DNA of 64,000 nt from Octopus bimaculoides (Eukaryota), in contig NC_068991.1 in the NCBI RefSeq assembly GCF_001194135.2, positions 7,291,988 to 7,355,987 on the forward strand, written 5' to 3'. Made by a program: the position numbers and the translations under genes. Numbering within the stretch: position 1 is the stretch's first letter; each line of letters starts with the position of its first letter. Of the stretch, positions 29,001 to 41,000 are shown piece by piece. The notes under the pieces were generated by a model, which saw only the letters and a program-made list of their open reading frames with translations, did no database searches and was not told where the DNA came from.

Positions 29001-32000
29001 CAAGCATAGGCATGGCTGTGTGGTTGAAAAGCTTGCTTCCGAACCATGTGGTCTTAGGTTCAGTCCTATTGCACAGCACATCTGGTTGGGAAGCAAACTT
29101 CTTACCACACAGCCACACCTGCACCTGAACAAAGAAACATACATTAAGCTTTATCCCTTTATCTTTTAATCCGGCCATATTCTGCCCAAATATTCTACCT
29201 GTTTTATGTTCAAACTGGCCTGATCCTGCCTCTCACACCTACCTTATAAAAAGATACAATCATGTCATCAAAATTTCAAAGTTACAAGATAATAAATGAT
29301 TCATTGGAAACAATGGGAATAAATAAAATAAGAATTACATTCGAAAGAGTAATCTGAACGCTAAAGGATTAACCCTTTAACATTTAATCCAGTCGAAATA
29401 TTCTACTTGTTTTATATGTTAAAACTGATCAGATCCAGCTTCTCACACCTCCCCTACAATGTCATTCTAAAAATATGCAAACATACCATTGAAATCACTA
29501 AGCTACTTGATAATGTATGATTAATTCAAAGCAATCTGAATAAACAAGCAACAGATTTGACAAAGAAACCTGAATGCTGACAGGTTAAACACCTGTCTGC
29601 TTCATTCACTCACAAAAACAAGAATGAATTGTCCTAATAGTATATAAAATAATATATACAGCCCCCTATGTCCTAGGTGTTTATCAATATAGATCTTTTG
29701 AGAAATGAAATTATTTCTCCAGCCCTACTTATAATTGTTTATTTGTTGAATCATGCCTGTCTTGTTCAGACTTTTTTTCTTGTTGGATTCTCGTTTCCTA
29801 TCTGACATATGTAATGTCTCTTTTCCTATCTGACGTATTTAACATAAAGTTAACTCAATGGAGGATTTTTTTGTTTTTTGTTCTTTATAGGCTGCAGATG
29901 CTCTGATTAACAACCATGTTGATACTAACCAGCTTTGTTGCTTATATAATATTCATATGGTACTGACTGGACCTATCACAGAAGAGCAAAATACACGTGG
30001 AAGGAAGATCTATGTTCCAGAAAACACACCAAGAGGGTTTGGAATCTTGTCCTTGAAAAACATTCCTCAGGTAAATAATAATAATAATAATAACAATGCT
30101 TTCTACTATAAGCACAAGGCCTGAAATTTTGGTGGGGAGGAGCTAGTTGATTACATTGACTCTAGTACTTAACATCATCATCATCATCATTTAACATCTG
30201 CTTTCCATACCAGCATGGGTTGGACAGTTTGACCAGCCAGGAGGCTGCACCAGGCTCCAGTCTGATCTGGCAGAGTTTCTACAGCCAGATACCCGTCCTA
30301 ACACCAACCACTCTGAGAGTGAAGTGGGTGCTTTTACATGCCACTGGCATGGAAGCTAGTCAGGCAGCACTGGCATTGGTCATGCTCGAATGGTGCTTTT
30401 TCTGTGCCACCAGTATGGGTGCCAGTCATGTGGAACTGGCATCAGCCACACTCAAATGGTGCTTTTTATGTGTATTTTTCTTATGTTGCACACACTGAAA
30501 AATAAGAAACCATATAATTTTACTTACTTAAATTACTTATATGTAAGTTTTATTCATTTTTGAGACATAAAATGTTCGATAACCTCATCATACAATGAAC
30601 CACTTTATTATTAGTTTTGAAAACAAATTAGGATCAAAGTTATAGGATGATATTGTAAGAAGAAAAAAATTATTGTAAAAAGAAATTAGTTTTAGTTTAG
30701 GAATTTTAAATTAATTTAAACATACAACTTCTCACCATGGAAACGAACATGTGACCATGCAGTCAAAGCTGTTGCACACGCTTCACCATTCTCCTACAAT
30801 ACGCCCAGTACCATATTATGATACAATGTGCTGTGATATTTCAGGACATCCGCCACCAAATTTCGGGCAGGGGTAGAACAAAAGTTTTCCATTATGATTT
30901 GTGTAAATTAATGAATAAGGTGTTCCGAGTTCAAATTCTGCCATGGTCGACTTTACCTTTCATCCTTTCGGTGTTGATAAAAAAAGTACCAGTAGAGCAC
31001 GTAGGTTACCCCACCCCTAAATTGCTGGGTTATGCCAACATTTGAAATCAATCATAAATCTGTATGAATAATTTTGGGACAATTTCTCTCAACAGGTTCC
31101 ATGTTTTCCAGTATATACTCGTTCTGGAGAGGTAACTGTATCTCTTGATATGGTTGAGTCAAACGTATCAATAAATGAAAGTCAGCTGAATAAGCTGACA
31201 ATTTTTCATCGATTTGTGTTCAGCACAGTACTTCGACTGGAGAAGGATCCTATTGACTTTATGCCTGACGAAGCAAAAGTCGGTTATCTTATAGTACCTT
31301 TGATAGAAGGTTTGTATTTTTCTTTTGTAACTATCTTATTTCGTTTGAACTGGAAAATAAGAAGCAGTTGTATTTATGTGAGGTTTCACTTTTATTCTAA
31401 GGAGACTTACATGCATTACATTTCACACTATGTCTCCTTTCTGTATGTGTATGAGTGTATATGTATATATGTATGTGTTCTAATTGTAAGTAGTGAGGTT
31501 ATAAAATCTCTGATTGGATTTAGAATAAATTTAGAGCTGACTTTTAACAAGGTTTTAAATGAGAAATTAAATTACCATCTAAAATGTTTTATTTCAAAAG
31601 ATATTAATTATTAAAATTTATCCAAATTGCTGTTGAATAGTAATTGATTTCAGATTAAATGGTTGTGTTTGGATCATGTCTCAGTACTGTCTGTGCCAAG
31701 ATCTTGCACATTTAGAATTTGAAACAAGATTAGCAAATGAAAATGCAAAACTATATAAACTTAAGACCAGTTCAAGTATACTTGCCACCAGTTCAAATAT
31801 GTTTGAGTGATATTTGAACTTGTGAGGGCTTGTCACTGCAGTTTGTCTCCAGACAGACTGCAGTGACAAGCCTATACAAGTTCAAATGTCTTTCAGAGCT
31901 TGTATGCTTTCCTTCACTGCTTCAGACATCTACTTATGTAGTAATAAAAATGGTTAAATATAAATATACTGGAAATTTTCTTTGTGCAAGTGGGCTGAGC

Positions 32001-35000
32001 ATTTATTCACCTAAAATTAGTGGATATTATAAAATTTTATATTCAGCTTCTTTGATTTAAGAGAAGCAATGCTTAAATATTATATACATCATTGTTTCTT
32101 TAAAAAATTTATTAAAACAAAATCAGTTGAATGAAAATATTTTTTTTCTACATGCTTATGTACTTTTATGTTGTATATAGATGACAGTGGACATCATATT
32201 AACTGGAATTTTGTGAATGAAGTCCAGTTTTCCTTCAGCAGAAATCATCCTGATATATATGATTCAAAAAGAGAGAAATTTAAGTTTTGCACTGAAGACT
32301 TCGAAGATGCAGTTGTGATGCCTTCGTATCGCAACATGGATCAACCACAGCATTTCTATGTTGCTGAGATCAAATACGACCTGAATCCAAACAGCCCGTT
32401 TCCTTCTCCTGAGCTTTATAGGACATTTAATGAGTATTACTCTAAAAAATACGGTCTTCATATCACTAACTTGGAACAACCTTTATTGGATGTTGACCAT
32501 ACTTCTGCACGTCTGAATTTATTAACTCCACGTTACATGAATCAAAAAGGCATCGCTTTGCCAACCAGCAGTGCAGAAACCAAGAAAGCCCGTCGAGAAA
32601 ACTTACAACAAAAACAAATCTTGATTCCAGAATTGTGTGTGGTTCATATCTTCCCTGCTTCTCTGTGGCGTAAAGCTGTGTGTCTTCCTGCTATTCTTTA
32701 CAGAATAAACTATCTTTTGATTGCTGAAGAGATTCGTGTCAAAGTTGCCCAAGGAACCAAAATTGGTGTCATTGAAATTCCAAAAGGCTTTCACTTTCCT
32801 AAACTTGATTTTGGTTTTGAAACCAATCCAGAAAAGATTATTGATAATAAAACTGAAAGTGAGATGAAGGTTACAAAAGCCAAGGAAAATGGAACCTGCA
32901 CATCTTTGTCAAAGACTGCTGCAAGTTATAGTAACAAGCTTGTATTTAAAGATGCTAAAGAAAACAATGAATTAATAAAAAATGATTCAGAAAATCAGAA
33001 AGATATCAAAGAAATGCCAGTAAGAGAAATGGTAAATAATGTTGAGTGCAAGAAATTAAACTATAAAAAGCCTTTTATAAAGAGCAATTCAACAGAATCT
33101 CTACATAAAAGCTGCAATAAAGATGACTGCAACAGGCCTTTGAAGGATTCTAATAGAATTCAAGAGGCTCTTAATGCTGCAGCGGGAAAGAACAACTATG
33201 AGCGGAGAGAAGATTCCGTTAGTACCTCATCTAGCAGAAGTTATAACCATTCAGATTTTAACAATTTTAAATCCTGCTCTGTAAACAACAGCGAAGAAAG
33301 GAAATTTCAACCTCAACAATTTACAAATAAGAAAAAGCATGAAAAAGATGCACAATGGTCAAATGATAACATTAAAGAGGAGAAACTCAAAGAGGAAAAG
33401 AATAATAAGTCTTTCTCAAAATCTCCTTTTACTAACCTGCAAAATTCTGGTAGAATACCTAACGGCAGTAAAATAGATTTTAAGATAACTTTCGATATTG
33501 CAAAGGATTTGAATCCCAAAGACAGTCTTGATTCCTTTAAAGAAACCAGCGAAGTTCCGTCTAATGTTAAATTTCAGAATGACACTCTAAAGAAAGATCT
33601 AGAATCTCTTGATATTCGTTTGATTTGTGATAACAGAAGCTATCCTGAAGGAAATGCTTTCCATCAAATGGATAAGCAAATTCGAAAAGAAAAGAAGGCT
33701 TCTAAGACATTTGGCCAAATAGATGACTTTTATCAAACAAAGTCAACAAAGTCTGAAATGCTGAGTTCTACAAAAATTGTAGAAATTACAGATTCCGAAG
33801 ACCATCATAAAGACAATAGTGACAAGCTTTCTAATGGCAACTGTGATAAAAGTGAATTGAAAAACATATCTCCTACTTTTAGTCCACAGAAAGCTCCTGT
33901 GTGTAAAACCTCTGTGCAGAATTCTAATAACCAAGCAGGTTATCCTCCAATTGTAGAAACTTGTAAAGAATTGAAAAATAATTTTAATAATGCTCGTCTT
34001 CATTCTTCAAACATAACCATCGCCCATAGCAACATGGATTCCGTAAAAGATGTGGAAGAAAAACTTTGCAGTAACTCAAAAGGAAATGAGGAAAATTTAA
34101 AAACTTGTACATCCACCACTTTCTCTTCAAATAAAGACCAACAATGTAATTCATATACAGCTAGCAATTCAAAAGATAGTGTTGCACTACACTCTAATTC
34201 CACTGCCACAGCATTTAATCCTCCCCAGGAGAAAACTTTATCAACAACATCTTCAGACTCTGTTTCTTCATCTAGTCATCAATTACCAACACCCACTTCC
34301 CATTCATTATCAGCGCTACCAGAGCAGCAAATGTGTAATCATTCTAATTCATCAAATCAGTCTGTATTTAATTGTACTCAGTCTACTTCTTCACCAACAG
34401 ATGATGACAAAACATCCTCAGATTCAGAGATCACTCCATGTCAGACTGGACAAACTGTTTCCCACACTCAGGACTCTACTGACCAACCAGAGGTAGCTGT
34501 ACAAGATATCTCTGCTCCAGCACCTTTACATGATAGAGACCAAAGAGATGTTGAAGCTGTTTCACCACCCATAGTCATACATAATAATAACAACAACAAC
34601 AATATCAATGTCATTCAAAGCAATTGCCCCATTGATGCAAAAGTACCCCTCTCTAACACAAACAAATGCATCACTCCTTTGTCCTCTCATGATAACGCCA
34701 TCTGTGATAATACAAGACACAATTCCGACACCGATGTCTTTCAAAATATAACAACATTCAGTGGCCAGTCAGCAGCAGTAGATATGTCTAAAATATCTGA
34801 CTATGGCCAATGTGATGACACAACCAATGCAAACCTTGTTTACAGCTATGCTGAGGCTCAGGAGAAACTTGCTCAGTCTTCAAACACTCCACCTCTCTTG
34901 TTAGATACTGATATTGAACTGAGTTGTTACATTGGTCCAAGTCCATGCATTATTTTGCAGGCGCTTACCATGTCAAATGCAAATGATTTTTTCAGCCTTG

Positions 35001-38000
35001 AGAGATTAGAAACCATTGGCGATTCCTTTCTTAAATATGCTATCACTGTTTACCTTTACTGTCAATACCCAGGTATCCACGAAGGAAAGTTAAGCTATCT
35101 ACGGAGTAAACAAGTAAGCAATTATAATTTATATCGTCTTGGTCGTAAAAAGGGTCTTCCTGAGAGAATGGTTTCAGCTAAATTTGAACCTTATGAGAAT
35201 TGGCTCCCACCTGGTTATGTTATTAATGAAGATCGTAGGCGCGGCCCCGTACACAAAGTTCACATTTCTTCAAGCAGCAACAAGCAGGACCCTTGTTCAT
35301 CTGCAAATCAATGTGGAAGTGAATCGGTTGAAGAAGAAATTCTATCGACATCTTTTAACAATGAAAAATTATCATCAAATCTAAACAATGGCATGATGAA
35401 CTTCATTGAAAATGACAAAATTCCAAGTCATGTACGAAAAGCAAATTTAGAACAATGGAAATTCAACCAAGAACTGGAAGAATTAAAACAATCACAAGAA
35501 CAAGATGGTGTCAGTGGTTGTGGTAGTTCTACAAATGAAAAGCCACTTGTTCCATATAGCTTGCAAACAATTCATAGCATTCCAGACAAAAGTGTAGCAG
35601 ACTGTGTTGAAGCTCTTATTGGTTGCTATCTGACTTGCTGTGGGAAAAGAGCTGCTCTTCTTTTCATGTCATGGCTTGGTCTAAAAGTGCTTCCTCAAAA
35701 GCACATTTTGCAGGAGCAATATGATGATGTATGTATAAACATCTTTCACTTTTAATGATTCAAAATTTGGTATTAACAGAATTTGACTTCAAATTTAAAA
35801 TTTAAAACAATTTAAAATTGTTTCACTATTTCAAATAAATGTAATTTCAAGCCATGTTTTTAGTCTGAGGACAACTTTCTCCTCTCAACAAAAAAATGCC
35901 TGTTATAGATTATATTGCTATTATTTTCTGTTTAGGTTATTTTTTATCCATGTTTTTTGTAAAATTTTGATGTTTCATAATAATATTATTAATTATTCAG
36001 CTATACTTTTTTTGAGAGTCCTCTGCATGATTACCGAAGACTAGAAAGTCCTAAACTCAATAATGTCTTTATTTCATTTAAATTTTATTTCAAATTTGAT
36101 GGCAATACTTCATTCAAAGTATGTAATGCTTACAGATACATTTCTATTCACATTTATATCATTATTTTGATGATTGTTTAATTATGTTCTTCAATATTTT
36201 TTTTTAATAAACATATTTAAACATTTTCTTACTTAAACCGTGCCTTGTCTTGAGTTAATTGGTTAATTTTTGTTCATTTAGAATATCACTGAACACCAAC
36301 TGGATGAGCTGGAAACTCCTCTGTCACCACTCCTTACTCATACAATTAATGCTGAAGAAGTTCTTGAACGTTTACTTGATGGCTATGAAACTTTTGAGAA
36401 AGAGATTGGCTACAAATTCTCTGATCGATCTTATCTACTACAAGCTTTCACACATGCATCGTATCATTACAATACAGTGACTGACTGCTACCAGCGGTAT
36501 GTTTTGCTATTTTATAAACCAAATTTTACTTGAAATAATTTTAGGAATTACAATTGTTGGTATTTCCTTTAGATTAATGTATTTAATGATATAAAAACAC
36601 TTTGATATATATACATGCCACAATTTCAGCAGTGCATCTTCACATAAAAAAATTGTCTGTGTATTAAGGCATGTAATATAAGCACAACTTTGCAAGGTGG
36701 TTTTTTTTGGAAAAAAAAATATGTGCATCTGCCATCAAATACAGTAATCTTCAGCCAGGCTGTTTACCTTTGTTTTTGAAATTCTTTAATTGACTTGGAA
36801 CACAATTCGAAACCATGTGATCAGAGTAGCATCTGCATGATACTTGTAGAACTGACATGTTAGTGGCAGCAGATTGCATATTTGACAGGAAGGTCCAAGT
36901 AAAACATTAAATATTAGCAAAACAAAGATATTAATCACTGATTAGAATTTCTGTCCTCCCTCCAGCATTATAAAAACTGACCAGATTTGCTACACAGAGA
37001 CTATGAAGGAATTCTTTTAAGCAGGGCAGACAAAGACATGATAAATGCTCAGACCCGACAACACTTCAGCACCTATTTTACTTTGTCTCAGTTAAACTCA
37101 TTCATCTACCGCTAGCTTTTTCATTGCCTGATAAACTGCAGAGTGTGGGATGCTTTCAGCTGCTTTTTTTAATTTTTATATAACATATAATCGTCTGCTC
37201 TTAGCTGAAAACTTTTTCTTACAGTTGATTGCTGTGGTTGTAGTATTGAGGGAGGTGGCTTATGGAAGGTGTTGAGAAACAAGTGTATGATAGCACGATA
37301 GGAACAAGTGTCTTGCTGTATTAGAGATACATGTCTACCTTAGCTGGGAAGGAGAGAAGATAATGATGAAGTGTCAGGACATGGTCTTTTACCTCACTCC
37401 ATAAGTATTTCGAGTTGATATTTCACTCACTGCATTAAATATATTAACAAAAATTCAATTATTGTATTTTTTTTTACCCCCCTGTGTATGGCATGTCTTT
37501 GTAATCTTCCTCAGTGACTAGTCTATTATTATTATTATGTTTTTAACTACTCTTACTTGTATTTGAGTCGTTGACTTTGAAGTTGCAAGAAAATGTATTT
37601 ATCAATTATCATGCGTTAAAATTTCCAGTACTGTAACTATTGCTAATGGATTTTTATCTCTGAAAAACTAACACAGCTACTAATATTAGTTCTTATTATT
37701 GATTTTATGTTTTATTTTTATTGATATATGTTTTATTTCTTGGGGAAAATCAAAGTTCACAGATAAAACTTACTCTTTACTGATAAGATTTTTCATCTTT
37801 TGTCTTGTTCAGTCATTTGACTGCTGCCATGTTGGGGCACCCCCTCGAAAAATATTTAGTCAAATTAATTGACCCCCAGTACTTATTTTTTCATTCTAAA
37901 GCCTGGTACTTTTCTATCAGTCCCTTTTTCTGAACTGTTTGGCATGTAAACACACCAGCACCAGTTGTCAAGTGGTAGTGGAGGACAAACACAGGCACAT

Positions 38001-41000
38001 ACACACACCTGTATATATACGATGGGCTTCTTTCAGTTTCCATCTACCAAATCCACTTGCAAGAATTCGGTCGGCCCAAGGCTATGGTAGAAGATACTTG
38101 CTCAAGGTACCATGCTGTGGGACTGAACCCAGAACCATGTGACTGAGAAGCAAACTTCTTACCATACAGCCATGTCATGTTGAAATTTTTTTAGAAGTGT
38201 ATTATTCGTAATTTTAGGGAGGGGATGAAGGCTACTTCTGTGTTCATAGTAGTAGTCATGATGTCTGCATTTTGATACCCGGCACAAATCATGGCACATG
38301 TAACTCTTTTCCAATATTCAGCTGGCTTCCTGTCTTCCATGTCAGCTAACGTTTTCTTGGCTACAACTTAATCTTTATGCCCGCCAATGCCATTGACTAT
38401 TCACCAATACATCAAGCTGTTCTGAGAAAATCATCAATTAGCCTAAACCACCTGTAAATTGCATTGGACAGTTGATAATTATTAATCAGAGCCAATAACT
38501 TGTGAAGGCACATGGCTTAGTGGTTTGGACGTTGTACTTATGCTTGCAAGACCACGTGTTTGATTCCCAGACTAGGTGGTACATTGAGTTCTTGAGCAAA
38601 ACACTTCGTTTCATGTGGTTCCAGTCCACTCAGCTTTAAACGAGTAACTCTGTGATGGATTGGTATTCCTTTCAGTGGAGACGTTGTGATCTTGGTCACT
38701 TATACCTCATGGAAACCAGGTAATGGGCCCTATGAATACTAGGGATTGAGATGGTAGTGTCCAGAGGTTGAAGATGATAATGATAATGAATGACTTGTGA
38801 TTTTTAATTTATAAAACAATACAAAATATGAATTTATTTATTTGATTTTTTTTTTTTTACTAGTCTGGAATTTTTAGGTGATGCAATTTTGGATTACGTG
38901 ATCACTCGCCATCTTTACGAAGATTCTCAGCGTTATTCTCCTGGGGTTCTCACTGACCTGCGATCAGCTCTAGTCAATAACAACATTTTTGCTGCATTAG
39001 CTGTCAAATGGAACTTCCATAAGTTTTTCAAAGCCATATCTCCGGAACTGTTTAATGTGATTGAAAGGTTTGTTGCTCGCCAAAAGGAAAAGGAAGATGA
39101 AATTGATTTTGATGAAGAAGTAAGTGTTCTTAATGATATTCCTGTTTTAATTCTCTGATCTCTGTACCTAACTGTGGAGTTTGTAAATCCTATCAAAATT
39201 TTATGGGTTTCTACTTATTATTTTTTTAATGATGTCTAAACCAAAGATCAGACTTTTATTATAACTTGTAGATTTTCACTTGACCACTGTGAAGAATTAA
39301 CACTTTACAATGACCTCTGCTTTTGGCATTATTACCATCTCGTTCCATGTCCTGAAATCTACAATTCTCTTCACTCCTCTCCCCAAATTTTTCTTCTTTG
39401 ATTCTGAAGCAAAATCCTGGTGAGGTCAACTTTACCTTTCATTCCTCCCGGGTCAATAAAACAAAGTACCAATCAAGTATATGGGGTCATTGGTACCAAC
39501 TGACCCTCCACTCAAAACTGTAGTGTTTAAATCAGAAACAATTGTTGTTGTTGTTCTTATCATCATCATCATCATCATCAAGTTGGTACATGCAAGGATG
39601 GCAAGCCAAGTATTATTCTCAAATAATTGTCGGTTCCTTTTTTTGTTCTTTATCATTTCCTTGTGTTCCTACAATCACTGGTATCAGAACTACCTTGAGG
39701 TGCCATATTTTTCAATTTCAATGAGCAAATCTTTACATTTCCTCCTCCTCCTCCTCCTTATTTTTTTAATATATTTTTTTTTTCACTAATTTATTAGTTC
39801 CAAGATGAAGGAGAAGAAAGTCCCGATGAAGAAGTTGTTGAAATGGAAATTCCCAAAGCACTTGGTGATATATTTGAGTCTGTTGCTGGTGCTATCTATC
39901 TTGACAGCAACAGGTCTTTAGATGTGGTCTGGAAAGTTTACTATCGTATAATGAAGCCACAAATTGGTAAGAAAACTTTATTAAATATTTTGAATTGGGA
40001 TAGAAAATTAAATGTTATGTATGTATGATTCTTTGCATGTGTGTGTATGTTTGTGTCTCCTTGTCTTGACATTGCATAATAGCTATAAATGAATGTCATT
40101 CACTTCTAATTTCTGTAAAATTATGTCTGGCCATGGGGAAATATTTCCTTACTTGTAATCAGGTGAGGGTTGGCAACAGGAAGGGAATTTGGCTATAGAA
40201 AATCTTCCCCAATAAATTTTGTCTGACCCATGCAAACATGGAAAAGTGGACATTAAAACGATGACAGTTTCCATCTACCGAATTTCACTAACAAAGCTGA
40301 TTATAAATTAGGATAGAAAGCATCTGCTCAGGTGTCTCACAGTAAAGACGACAATAATTGCGAATTTCTTAACGTCTTGACCATGTTTGTATCTTTGCCT
40401 GTGGTTTGCTTGTTTAAAATATTATGAAGTTGTAATGAGTGCTTAAGAATAACTGTCAGTGATGTGTGGTAGGAAAAATAAGTCAGATACAATATTCCAG
40501 ATTCAATCCAATTGAGACTTGTTGATTTAAGAACTACAACTGTAAAAGAGAACTTAGAATAATGATAACAACATTAGAGACAGGGGCCATTTTAAAAGCA
40601 TTGTAAACCCCTGGACAACGCACTGTACTGGAGATTGGTTTTGATGGGATTTGACTTTTAGGAAAAATATTCTTCCATTTTTCTATCAAAAAATATTTGG
40701 AAAATTTTTCTTCATTTCTTCCAGAGAAATATTTGAAAAGTATTCCAAAGTCACCTGTACGAGAATTATTGGAACTGGAACCAGAAACTGCTAAATTTGA
40801 GTGAGTATTACTATGGATAATATTGGATTTCTGAATCACAAAACTTCACTTGGTCAGGACATTTTGTTATTTAAAATATGGTAGAGTTAACATATTTAAT
40901 GCAAGGAGCATCGAAAACCTAAGATTTCAATTTCATTACTAATATATTACTGTATAAAGGCAGCGAGCTGGCAGAAACGTTAACACGCCGGGCGAAATGC

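Noticed and set aside
33223-33229. let-7 7mer-A1-type site (TACCTCA) in the Dicer coding sequence
   Set aside because: A single 7-mer in a non-conserved insertion is expected by chance; conservation data would be needed.
32264-34744. Several short antisense or alternative-frame ORFs over the Dicer large exon (and 22721-23539, 40534-40839)
   Set aside because: Shadow frames of a real coding exon with no independent homology or splice support.
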